Source: an uncultured Arcobacteraceae bacterium
Lineage (GTDB): Bacteria; Campylobacterota; Campylobacteria; Campylobacterales; Arcobacteraceae
NCBI GenBank assembly: GCA_964022095.1
Contig: CAXHZO010000018.1
Span: forward strand, 1-50,102
Length of the DNA: 50,102 nt
Direction: 5' to 3'
Shown: positions 1-9,527 of the stretch, in pieces
Layout of the letters: every line of letters starts with the position of its first letter
Numbering within the stretch: the first letter of the stretch is position 1
The notes under the pieces: generated by a model
Database searches by the model: none
Seen by the model: only the letters and a program-made list of their open reading frames with translations
Told to the model about the DNA's origin: nothing
Made by a program: the position numbers and the translations under genes

Positions 1-806
1 TTGTTACAAATGCAGAACCTGAGCATATGGAATATTATCATTATGATTATGATAAATTTTATGAATCTTATGAAAGATTTATTGACCTTGCTAAAAAAAG
101 AGTTTTAAATGGTGAAGATAAAGATATTCAAAAACTAAATATAAAAGATGCAACTTATCTTTATCCAAGTGTTGATATAAAAAACTTATCTTATACTTTA
201 AAAGATAAGGAACCTTGTACTAGATTTGATTTAAAAGATTTAGGTACATTTGAAGTATGGGGATTTGGTTATCATATTGCAGTTGATGCTTCACTTGCAA
301 TTATGGCCGCTTTAAATGAACTTGATATTGAATCAATTAGAAAAAATCTTTTAAAATACAAAGGTATTAAAAAAAGATTTGACATTGTTCAAGCAAATGA
401 CAAGTTTGTTGTAATTGATGATTATGCGCATCATCCAACAGAAATTGATGTTACTATGAAATCAATTGAATTATATGACAATTTAACAAATCTTGATAAT
501 AGAATTGTTCTTTGGCAACCCCACAAATACTCAAGAACAAGTGATAATTTAGAGGGCTTTAAAAAATGTTTTAGAAGATGTGATGAACTTATAATTCTAC
601 CTATTTGGACAATTCCAGGAGAGCAAAAAATTGATATTGATTTTGAAAAAGAGTTCGAAGCATACAATCCAATCTTTGCAGATAGAATCTCTTCTACTAA
701 AGGAAGAATCGATTTAATTAAAGATGAAAAGATTATTAAAAGCTATGATGAAGGAATTTTTTTAGGAGTAGGTGCCGGAGATATTACTTATCAATTAAGG
801 CACTAA
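1..806 (+). CDS. murC: UDP-N-acetylmuramate--L-alanine ligase, 5'-truncated by the window edge
   Basis: Motifs VTNAEPEHM (the frame stays open upstream of 27), GIKKRF, DDYAHHPTEI, WQPHKYSRT and GAGDI are typical of the MurC C-terminal half. Confidence 0.93.
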   Translation, partial: VTNAEPEHMEYYHYDYDKFYESYERFIDLAKKRVLNGEDKDIQKLNIKDATYLYPSVDIKNLSYTLKDKEPCTRFDLKDLGTFEVWGFGYHIAVDASLAIMAALNELDIESIRKNLLKYKGIKKRFDIVQANDKFVVIDDYAHHPTEIDVTMKSIELYDNLTNLDNRIVLWQPHKYSRTSDNLEGFKKCFRRCDELIILPIWTIPGEQKIDIDFEKEFEAYNPIFADRISSTKGRIDLIKDEKIIKSYDEGIFLGVGAGDITYQLRH

Positions 807-872
807 TAAAAGAAAAATTTATCTATTAATAAAGCTTTCTATACTAAAATATTATTATAATAAGGTGTAATT

Positions 873-2060
873 ATGAAAATTTTAGTTGGAAAGTTTTTAA
901 AAAATGAGTCAACTTCTGGCTTGATCTTAATTTTTGTTACTATCCTAGCACTAATTTTTAGTAATACTTTTCTGTCTGATTTTTATAATACATTTTTACA
1001 TACAAAAATAGTCTTCAAAGTTGGAGATTATTTAGATATCTCTAAACCTCTTATTCTTTGGGTAAATGATGGTTTAATGGCAATATTCTTTTTGCATATT
1101 GGTTTAGAAATAAAAAGAGAACTTCTCTTGGGTCATTTATCTAGTTTTTCAAAAATATCTTTACCTTTAATAGCTGCTGCTGGGGGTATGGCAATACCTG
1201 CTTTAACTTTTATTCTTTTTAATAGTACAGATGAATTTGCAATGAAAGGTTGGGCAATCCCAACTGCAACTGATATTGCTTTTGCATTAGGTATTTTATC
1301 TTTATTGGGAAATCGAATTCCTACTTCTTTAAAAATATTTTTAATGGCACTGGCAATTTTTGATGATTTAGGGGCAATTCTTATTATTGCATTTTTTTAC
1401 ACTGATGATTTATCAGTGCTTTCAATTTTATTTGCAAGTGCTGCTGTTTTTATACTATTTATTATGAACAGATTGCATGTAGTATCTTTAGGTGTATATT
1501 TAATAGTTGGTATTATAATGTGGATTTGTGTATTAAAATCAGGTGTTCATGCAACTCTTGCTGGAATTATACTAGCATTTACTATTCCATTAAATGCAAT
1601 AAATGAAAATAGAAAAAGAGTGTCTCCTGCAAAAACATTAGAGCACTTTATTCACAATTGGGTTGCTTATTTGATTTTACCAGTTTTTGCATTTGTAAAT
1701 GCAGGAATAGATTTAAGAGATATGTCCATAGAAAAAATTAGTGAACCAGTATCTTTAGGTATTATTTTTGGATTGTTTATTGGTAAACAGCTTGGTGTAT
1801 TATCTTTTGTTTATTTTGCAGTAAAATTAAAACTTGCTAAGCTTCCAAGATGTGTAACTTGGAGACAAATGTATGGAGTTGCTGTTTTAACAGGTATTGG
1901 TTTTACTATGAGTTTGTTTATTGATTCATTAGCTTATAATGATTCAAATGTATTTTTTTATACTGATAAGTTAGGAATATTAATTGGTTCTTTATTATCT
2001 GGTATTTTAGGGTATTTAATACTTAGAAAAAGCAAATCAAAAAAAATGTGTAAAGCTTAG
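873..2060 (+). CDS. nhaA: Na+/H+ antiporter NhaA
   Basis: Motifs WVNDGLMAIFF, GLEIKRE, GWAIPTATDIAFALG, LAIFDDLGAI, KSGVHATLAG and GIGFTMSLFI. Confidence 0.96.
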   Translation: MKILVGKFLKNESTSGLILIFVTILALIFSNTFLSDFYNTFLHTKIVFKVGDYLDISKPLILWVNDGLMAIFFLHIGLEIKRELLLGHLSSFSKISLPLIAAAGGMAIPALTFILFNSTDEFAMKGWAIPTATDIAFALGILSLLGNRIPTSLKIFLMALAIFDDLGAILIIAFFYTDDLSVLSILFASAAVFILFIMNRLHVVSLGVYLIVGIIMWICVLKSGVHATLAGIILAFTIPLNAINENRKRVSPAKTLEHFIHNWVAYLILPVFAFVNAGIDLRDMSIEKISEPVSLGIIFGLFIGKQLGVLSFVYFAVKLKLAKLPRCVTWRQMYGVAVLTGIGFTMSLFIDSLAYNDSNVFFYTDKLGILIGSLLSGILGYLILRKSKSKKMCKA

Positions 2061-2635
2061 TTTGTTATTTCTTTTTTCTTTTTATTAAATTTACTTACCT
2101 TTGCTCTATTTCCACATATTTCCATACTACACCATCTTCTTGAGTGGTTTTTTGAAGTATCTATAAAGTATAAACTACATTTGTGGTTATCGCATTTTTT
2201 TAGATATTTAAACTCTTTGGAACTAAGAAGTTTAACTAATTCTATAGCTATTTTTGTAAGTAGTAAATTCTCAGTTTTTTTAGGAATAAATTCTAAAGAG
2301 TAAGATTGTTCATTTTTCTGTATTAATGGGTGAGTCTGACTTTTTATAAGAATTTTATTTGTTTTTTCTACTAATAACTCTAAAGGTTTATCATCTTGGA
2401 TATACTCTTTAAAAGAGTTTCTAATTAGTGTTCTATACTCTATAATTTCTTTATAGAATTTATTTTTTTCATCATTTGATATATTTAATTTTTTATCTAT
2501 TAGTTCTTTTTTTATAAACCAATCTTGAATATCGTCAAAGTTTTCAAAGTTTTCAACTATGTCTCCATAAGGTGTAAATTGAGTATTACCAAAATCCGTA
2601 ATACTGTGTTCTCCAATAAATAAAAAATCTTTAAT
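2057..2635 (-). CDS. CGNR zinc-finger / ABATE-domain protein, putative transcriptional regulator; probable ATT start (not in ORF track)
   Basis: Manual translation gives an open frame from 2638/2635 to TAA at 2057. The N-terminus FLFIGEHSITDFGNT...DDIQDW is ABATE-like. The C-terminus KKCDNHKCSLYFIDTSKNHSRRWCSMEICGNRAK is the zf-CGNR signature. AAGGA lies 6 nt before ATT 2635, and an in-frame TAA sits just upstream. Confidence 0.9.
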   Translation of the reverse strand: MKDFLFIGEHSITDFGNTQFTPYGDIVENFENFDDIQDWFIKKELIDKKLNISNDEKNKFYKEIIEYRTLIRNSFKEYIQDDKPLELLVEKTNKILIKSQTHPLIQKNEQSYSLEFIPKKTENLLLTKIAIELVKLLSSKEFKYLKKCDNHKCSLYFIDTSKNHSRRWCSMEICGNRAKVSKFNKKKKEITN

Positions 2636-2689
2636 AATGCTTCCTTTTTATTTGAATCATATCATTTATTTACATTATAGGCAATAAAA

Positions 2690-2729
2690 TTATACTAACT
2701 GTTAAAAAATATTTGACAGGTTAGTATAA
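2690..2729. promoter_or_regulatory. Palindromic operator candidate 1 (TTATACTAAC-N20-GTTAGTATAA) overlapping TTGACA
   Basis: Perfect 10-bp inverted repeat at 2690-2699 / 2720-2729. TTGACA at 2713-2718 lies in the spacer, and TG-t-TAGCAT (extended -10) lies at 2734-2742. Confidence 0.7.
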
Positions 2730-2746
2730 AAAATGTTAGCATTTCA

Positions 2747-2778
2747 ACTAACTATCTATAATAACTTTAATAGTTAGT
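2747..2778. promoter_or_regulatory. Palindromic operator candidate 2 (ACTAAC-N20-GTTAGT)
   Basis: Perfect 9-bp inverted repeat ACTAACTAT 2747-2755 / ATAGTTAGT 2770-2778. It has the same half-sites and 20-nt spacing as operator 1 and lies just upstream of the VOC gene RBS (AAGGAG). Confidence 0.7.
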
Positions 2779-2797
2779 ATATAAATAAGGAGAGAAC

Positions 2798-3235
2798 ATG
2801 AAAGTAGGACACGTAGGAATTAATGTACAAGATATGGAAGTATCAAAAGAGTTTTATATAAATCTTTTTGGCTTTGAGGTTATATTTGAAGAGACTTTAG
2901 AAGATAAAAGATATATTTTTCTTGGTCATGATGGTGAGATTGTTATAACACTTTGGGAACAAGCGCAAAATAGTTTTTCTAAAAATACTGCTGGATTACA
3001 TCATTTAGCATTTATTGTTGATAGTGTGGATGAATTAAAAGCATTTGAAAAAAAATTAGATGAGAATAATGTATCAAAAATTTATGATGGAATAGTTAGT
3101 CACGCTGAAGGTGCACAATCAGGTGGAGTATTCTTTTTAGATCCAAACGGTGTAAGATTAGAAGTTTGTATTGGTGAGGGTATTGATGAGTGTAACCCAG
3201 AAGTAAAAGATCATAGTTCATGTGGATTCTTTTAA
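2798..3235 (+). CDS. VOC / glyoxalase / bleomycin-resistance family protein
   Basis: Motifs GHVGINV...SKEFY..LFGF, GLHHLAF and FFLDPNGVRLE; C-terminal CGFF; good RBS. Confidence 0.9.
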   Translation: MKVGHVGINVQDMEVSKEFYINLFGFEVIFEETLEDKRYIFLGHDGEIVITLWEQAQNSFSKNTAGLHHLAFIVDSVDELKAFEKKLDENNVSKIYDGIVSHAEGAQSGGVFFLDPNGVRLEVCIGEGIDECNPEVKDHSSCGFF

Positions 3236-3238
3236 AAA

Positions 3239-4108
3239 ATGAAGGATATCTTTCATAATGGTGAATATTATATTCAAGAATTAATGGGTGTCAGAATTTC
3301 TGCTGACACTCTATCTTCTAATATCAAAAAGACTATTCCTAATATTGCTGCACAATTTTTAGAGAATCTTAATTTTTGTGTGATTAGTATTGCTTTAGAA
3401 AATACAAAGCACTTTACTTTTATTGTCTATGATATAAAGCCTTTTATAAAAGTAAGTGATGATAAGAATATTGTAATAAGTTTAGCTCATCATACTTATA
3501 TCCCAAAAGATTTTTTGCTACTTACTAATGCACACTTTGGTTTTATTGGCTTAGATTTTGAAAAAAAAATGCGTGTAAGAATTAATGGAAAAGTAAATTC
3601 AAGCAAAGAGAAGTTAGAAGTTAGTATTAATCAAATATACTCTAATTGCCCAAAATATATAGCCAAAAAGTTTTTAAAAAACGAGCTTAAAATTGTTAAT
3701 AAACAAAAAGTTGAAAAACTAGTACAAATAAATAGCGAATTTATTAATCTATTAGCAAATTGTGATACATTTTTTATCTCTTCAAAACATAATACTTATG
3801 GTCTAGATGTTTCTTATAAAGGTGGTAAAAAAGGTTTTATAAATGTAATATCAAATGATACTTTAAAATTTATAGATTTACCAGGAAATAACCTTTTTAA
3901 TACAATTGGAAATATATATGCTAATCCAAATATTCAACTTATTTTTATAGATTTCAAAAGAGGTGATATTTATCATGTAAGTGCAGTTGCAAATATTATA
4001 GAAAATAAACAAGAACAAAATAAAAGTTTAACTTTAAATATTAAATGTAAAGAAATTCTGTTTAATAAAAATGGATTTTTATTAGATTATAGTGAGTTTA
4101 AACAGTAA
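3239..4108 (+). CDS. Pyridoxamine 5'-phosphate oxidase-like FMN-binding protein (two split-barrel domains)
   Basis: Motifs FHNGE..IQ...G, RVRING, YSNCPKYI, GLDVSYKGG..GF and DLPGNNLFNTIGNI..NP; 3 nt downstream of the VOC gene. Confidence 0.85.
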   Translation: MKDIFHNGEYYIQELMGVRISADTLSSNIKKTIPNIAAQFLENLNFCVISIALENTKHFTFIVYDIKPFIKVSDDKNIVISLAHHTYIPKDFLLLTNAHFGFIGLDFEKKMRVRINGKVNSSKEKLEVSINQIYSNCPKYIAKKFLKNELKIVNKQKVEKLVQINSEFINLLANCDTFFISSKHNTYGLDVSYKGGKKGFINVISNDTLKFIDLPGNNLFNTIGNIYANPNIQLIFIDFKRGDIYHVSAVANIIENKQEQNKSLTLNIKCKEILFNKNGFLLDYSEFKQ

Positions 4109-4871
4109 AAACTTTTCCATTTTCAACTTTGATTTTACCTTCAAGTTCATATTCAAATATTTTATTTGAATACTTTGCAAATGCTTCTTCATAAGTTGGA
4201 TTGTTATCACAATATAATAACACTTCATCTAGGATTTGCTTAGGTGCAATTGCTCCTAAACTCTCAATAAACTCATCAATGTCATATATAACTTCTATAA
4301 GTCCTGATTTTATTAGTTTTTGTGTTCCTAAACTCTCATTTAATCTGTGGGGGATTGTATAGACTTTCTTACCCATTTTAAGTGCATATTCAACAGAAGT
4401 TAAAGTTCCTGATTTCTCATCTGCTTGAGTTACTATGAGTATTTCTCCAAGGGCAACTACTATTTCATTTCTTAGAACAAATGTATAGTTACGCGCTTTT
4501 TCACTTTCTTTATAAGCTGATAACATTAAACCATGTTTTTCTATGTTTGAAATTAGGTTTTTATTTACACTTGGATATTTTATATCAAGTCCATTTGCTA
4601 CAACTGCAATAGTATTATTAAAGCCTGCTGCATTATGTGAGATTGCATCAACACCAAGGGCTGCTCCACTTACAATACAAAAACCACTATTAGAAAGTTT
4701 TGATGATAGTTTATGTGTAAACTCTTTTGTATATGAGTTTGGACGTCTTGTACCTACTATAGAGATCTTTCTTTTTTGTAAAAGTTGAGTATTTCCAATA
4801 TAAAAAAGCTCATTTGGATATTTTTTCATATTTTCTAATTCAGAGATATTAAAATCTATTTTTTTAATCAT
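4098..4871 (-). CDS. dprA: DNA-processing protein DprA (Smf)
   Basis: Motifs SIVGTRRP, VSGAALGVDAISH, RNEIV and SGTL; short epsilonproteobacterial form. Confidence 0.92.
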   Translation of the reverse strand: MIKKIDFNISELENMKKYPNELFYIGNTQLLQKRKISIVGTRRPNSYTKEFTHKLSSKLSNSGFCIVSGAALGVDAISHNAAGFNNTIAVVANGLDIKYPSVNKNLISNIEKHGLMLSAYKESEKARNYTFVLRNEIVVALGEILIVTQADEKSGTLTSVEYALKMGKKVYTIPHRLNESLGTQKLIKSGLIEVIYDIDEFIESLGAIAPKQILDEVLLYCDNNPTYEEAFAKYSNKIFEYELEGKIKVENGKVFTV

Positions 4872-4912
4872 AATTTTTAAACCAATAAATAATTTTTAAA
4901 ATTATATCAAAA

Positions 4913-6058
4913 CTACTTTAAATAAGGCAACTCTTTTATATAGATAGTTTCTACACCGTTTAATAGATGTTTAGATTTTGCTAAAACATCAGTAGTAATA
5001 GTATATGGATGTCCAATTGCAATGGCAAAGCCTCTTTTTTTTGCGATGTTAATAGCTTTTTTTAATTGGTTTTGAATATAGTTAAAATCTTTTTGATTAT
5101 CTAAAAAAGTATTTCTAACAATATATGGCATACCATATTTTTTTGCATATTTTTTAGCAACGGATTTTGCTGTAGTTCTACTATCTACAAAAATAAAGTT
5201 ATACTTTTTAAGTGCTTTAAATAGCTTATCCATTGCTGCATCATTTTGTGTAAATACTGAACCTGTGTGGTTATTTGTGTATAGTGCATTTGGATACCAT
5301 TTTCTTAGCTGTGCAACTCTTTTTTCTATTTTTTCATATGAGTCATTAATATTTAAAGTATTTACTTCTGCGCCTTTAAATTTACTTGAAGCTTGCATTG
5401 GAAAATGAATCATATGAAATGGTAAATCTTGTGCAATTTTTGCTGAGTGTGAATGAGTTTTTGTGGGAGGTAAAAAAGCCATATTTACTTTATATCCAAC
5501 TTCTAAAATTCTTCTTTTTTGAGAAAGAGTAGTTACATCATCAATCACAATTGCAATTTTTGGTTTATCTTTATTATTATACTTATAGTTGTCTCTAGAA
5601 GTAACTATTTTTGTTTCATCATATTTTGGTTTATCTTCAATCTTTTTTTCAACTTTTTTTTCAGTCTCTTTTTTGATTGTTTCTTGTTTTTTTACTTCTT
5701 GTTCTTTTTTTTGCTCAATTTGTTTTTCAACTTTAGTAGGTTCAATAATATCTTTTTTTACTTCATCAGTAATTTCTTCATATTTATCATGAGCTAATTC
5801 TTCTTGTCTTCTATTCTCATAATGTTCTGTAAGCTTTTTCTCTTCAAACTCTTTTAACTCTTCAGTTTTTTTTATTTTTAGAGGTTCTTCTTTTTTGATT
5901 GTTTTTGTAGTTTTATTACTATTTTCTTTTTGCATAATAAAGTAACTTACCCCAACAGCTAGGATAGCAAATGAAAATATTAATAAAAATACTTTAGCAA
6001 GTTTTTTGTTAGATATTTTTGATTTAGATGTATTTCTTTTTTGTTTTTTCTGACTCAT
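4913..6058 (-). CDS. Divergent polysaccharide deacetylase family protein, membrane-anchored with a charged linker
   Basis: Motifs AIVIDD, HFPMQ, NNHTGS, FVDSRT and AIAIGHP; N-terminal TM helix followed by an E/K-rich linker. Confidence 0.88.
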   Translation of the reverse strand: MSQKKQKRNTSKSKISNKKLAKVFLLIFSFAILAVGVSYFIMQKENSNKTTKTIKKEEPLKIKKTEELKEFEEKKLTEHYENRRQEELAHDKYEEITDEVKKDIIEPTKVEKQIEQKKEQEVKKQETIKKETEKKVEKKIEDKPKYDETKIVTSRDNYKYNNKDKPKIAIVIDDVTTLSQKRRILEVGYKVNMAFLPPTKTHSHSAKIAQDLPFHMIHFPMQASSKFKGAEVNTLNINDSYEKIEKRVAQLRKWYPNALYTNNHTGSVFTQNDAAMDKLFKALKKYNFIFVDSRTTAKSVAKKYAKKYGMPYIVRNTFLDNQKDFNYIQNQLKKAINIAKKRGFAIAIGHPYTITTDVLAKSKHLLNGVETIYIKELPYLK

Positions 6059-6074
6059 ATAGTAGCTTTAAATC

Positions 6075-6095
6075 TAAGGAAGAAAATCTTCCTTA
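6075..6095 (-). terminator. Hairpin, likely ilvC terminator
   Basis: TAAGGAAGA-aaa-TCTTCCTTA inverted repeat just after the ilvC stop. Confidence 0.55.
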
Positions 6096-6106
6096 AATTA
6101 AGTAGA

Positions 6107-7159
<1,053 letters not shown>

Positions 7160-7249
7160 TTATACAAAAAAAAATCTAAATGTAAGGTAATTAAAAAGAA
7201 TACTATAAAATTTAGGGTAATATATAAGCATAATAATGAAGGAAAAACA

Positions 7250-9097
7250 TTGCTAAAAAAACTATTTACCAAGATTCAATCAAATGAAAAAAGATTCAAT
7301 GACGAAGAGTTAAAGCTTATCGAAAAATTCGAAAGTGAAAATATTATTGAAAAAAAGAATGACACCTATGAATTAAACTCTAAGTACAAAATTGCAACGG
7401 TAAATGTTGGTAAAAACCTTGTAATCTTAGAAGATTTATTAAGTGAACACAAAAATATAAAAATTGAATTTGATAGTTTAAATGGTGCTTATCATGGTGA
7501 TTTAGTCTTAGCAAAAAGAATCTTTAATCCAAGAAGTAAAATAAAAGCAAAAATTGTAAAAGTATTAGATGCTAAAACTGCTGATATCTTAGTTTATATA
7601 AAAGATAGAAAGTTTCATACTTTAAAAGAGAGTATTGTAATTGAGTCAAATAAATCAAAAAATCATGAAGAAGGTGAAGTTCTTTTAATTGATAATAAAA
7701 GTTTTGAAGTTTCAAAAAATGTAGGAAATATAAATGATCCTAAAGTAGATGAATTTATTTCTTTATATTTATATAGTGAAGATTTTAGACTAAATAAACC
7801 TTTAGAAGTTAATGCAAAAATGGATGATACCAAACAAAGAGTTGATTTAAGAGAACTACCTTTTTGTACAATTGATCCAAATAGTGCAAAAGATCATGAT
7901 GATGCAATTTATTATGATGAAAAGGAAGAGGTTTTATATGTTGCTATTGCAGATGTCTCTTATTTTGTAAAAGAAGGCAGTGAATTAGATAAGTTAGCTT
8001 TTAGAAAATCAACTTCTGTTTATCTTCCAGCAAAAGTTTTACCAATGCTTCCAAATGAACTTAGTGAAGATATGTGTTCATTAAAAGAGGGTGTTGATAG
8101 GTATGCTTATGTTTTTAAAATTTATTTAGATGTGAATAAACAAGAGATTAAAAAAAGTGAATTATTTGAAGCTGTTATTAACTCTCATAAAAAATATTCA
8201 TATGGTAGAATAGATAGAGTTATTGAAGGTTTTTTTGACCAGTGTAGTCCAATTGATAATGAAATTTTTAAATACCTATTACCTTTATATGAAGTTACAA
8301 AAAAGTATAGAGCTAAAAGACTTAAAACTGGTTATGAGTTTAGAACACAAGAAAATAGATTAAGACTAAAAAACTTTCAACTTCAATCAATTGAAGTTGA
8401 AACATCAACTGCTTCTCATCAACTTATAGAAGAGTGTATGCTACTTGCAAATATAGAAGCTAGTAAAAAAGTTAATAGTGTAGGAATTTATAGAATTCAT
8501 GAAGAGCCATCTTTAAAGGCTATTTCAAAATTAGTTGATGACGTAAATATTCTAGGAGTAAAAGTAAAAGTTCAAAATAATGTTCATGATACAATTACAC
8601 ATATTCAACAAAAAGCAAAATACACAGGGCTTGAAGAAGAAATTGATGAACTTATTATTCAATCACAAACTCAAGCTAAGTATAGTTCTAAAAACTTAGG
8701 GCACTTTGGTTTAGGATTTAAATCATATTCTCATTTTACAAGTCCTATTAGAAGATATTCAGATTTAGTTTTACATAGAATATTAAAAACAAAACAAACG
8801 CCTGTTGATATTGACTCAATATGTGATCATATTTCAGTAAATGAAAGAAAAATTGATCAACTTGTTTGGGATTTTGAAGATAGAAAATATGCTAGATGGG
8901 CAAATAATAATATAGGTTTAGAAATAAAAGTAAAAATAGTTGATACTGAAAAGGGTAGAGCTGTTTGTTATGATAAAATGATTGGATTAAAACTTATTGT
9001 AGATAATTTCAAAGGTCAAAAGCTTTTTTCAAAAATGAAAGTAAAAATAAAATCAGCTGATATTGCAACAAAATTAATTGTCGGAACTACAAAGTAG
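7250..9097 (+). CDS. rnr: RNB-domain exoribonuclease (RNase R family)
   Basis: Motifs TIDP..AKDHDDA, VAIADVS, LIEECMLLAN, GHFGL and HFTSPIRRYSDL; TTG start with an AAGGA RBS. Confidence 0.88.
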   Translation: MLKKLFTKIQSNEKRFNDEELKLIEKFESENIIEKKNDTYELNSKYKIATVNVGKNLVILEDLLSEHKNIKIEFDSLNGAYHGDLVLAKRIFNPRSKIKAKIVKVLDAKTADILVYIKDRKFHTLKESIVIESNKSKNHEEGEVLLIDNKSFEVSKNVGNINDPKVDEFISLYLYSEDFRLNKPLEVNAKMDDTKQRVDLRELPFCTIDPNSAKDHDDAIYYDEKEEVLYVAIADVSYFVKEGSELDKLAFRKSTSVYLPAKVLPMLPNELSEDMCSLKEGVDRYAYVFKIYLDVNKQEIKKSELFEAVINSHKKYSYGRIDRVIEGFFDQCSPIDNEIFKYLLPLYEVTKKYRAKRLKTGYEFRTQENRLRLKNFQLQSIEVETSTASHQLIEECMLLANIEASKKVNSVGIYRIHEEPSLKAISKLVDDVNILGVKVKVQNNVHDTITHIQQKAKYTGLEEEIDELIIQSQTQAKYSSKNLGHFGLGFKSYSHFTSPIRRYSDLVLHRILKTKQTPVDIDSICDHISVNERKIDQLVWDFEDRKYARWANNNIGLEIKVKIVDTEKGRAVCYDKMIGLKLIVDNFKGQKLFSKMKVKIKSADIATKLIVGTTK

Positions 9098-9467
9098 TTG
9101 TCTCATTAAGTGTTGCAAATAATCTAGGTGCTTTGTCTTTTGTAACGTATTGTCCTAAAAGTTTATCTTTTTTATTAATTAATATTGGGGCTATTAAATT
9201 TACAATTGATTCTTCAATTGGATTTTGAACAACTAAACAAAAATAAATATCAAACTCTTCTTTTTTAGAAACTTTTAATTTTTTTAGAACTTTTTTCTCA
9301 ATATTAAAATTTAAAGGTATTTTATTTAAATAATCAATATGTACTATGTGTACTTTAATTTGAGCTTCGTTATTTAAAATTAGTGTTGAGAAGAAATTGT
9401 CTTGTTCTATGATTTTTGCAGTTTTTGCAGATTCAAAACCTAAAAGTGAAAAAATTATTTCGTACAT
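9087..9467 (-). CDS. fliW: Flagellar assembly factor FliW-like protein (divergent)
   Basis: Motifs LLGFE near the N-terminus and NPIEESIVNLIAPILIN...GQYV near the C-terminus. Start re-assigned to ATG 9467 (AAAGG upstream) because the longer ORF overlaps holA. Confidence 0.7.
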   Translation of the reverse strand: MYEIIFSLLGFESAKTAKIIEQDNFFSTLILNNEAQIKVHIVHIDYLNKIPLNFNIEKKVLKKLKVSKKEEFDIYFCLVVQNPIEESIVNLIAPILINKKDKLLGQYVTKDKAPRLFATLNETTTL

Positions 9468-9527
9468 TATAAACCTTTTATAAAAAATCAATTGTATTAA
9501 AAGTGAACTTAGGATATGATATAACTT

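Noticed and set aside
431-667. Antisense or alternative-frame ORFs in the track (431-667, 4543-4788, 5519-5797, 5589-5792, 17999-18226, 19959-20285, 23682-23879, 32026-32394, 33344-33607, 33633-33851, 36403-36612, 36809-37120, 39527-39847, 41197-41412, 41789-42019, 42716-42925, 49188-49388, 49453-49653)
   Set aside because: They lie almost entirely opposite well-supported genes, have shadow-frame composition (rich in F/S/I) and carry no motifs.
2057-4108. CGNR module as a mobile element
   Set aside because: No transposase, integrase, terminal repeats or target-site duplication is visible. It is treated as an accessory islet by inference only.
5600-5940. T-rich low-complexity tract that might be a repeat or phase-variable region
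   Set aside because: It is explained by the Lys/Glu-rich linker codons of the polysaccharide deacetylase on the minus strand.
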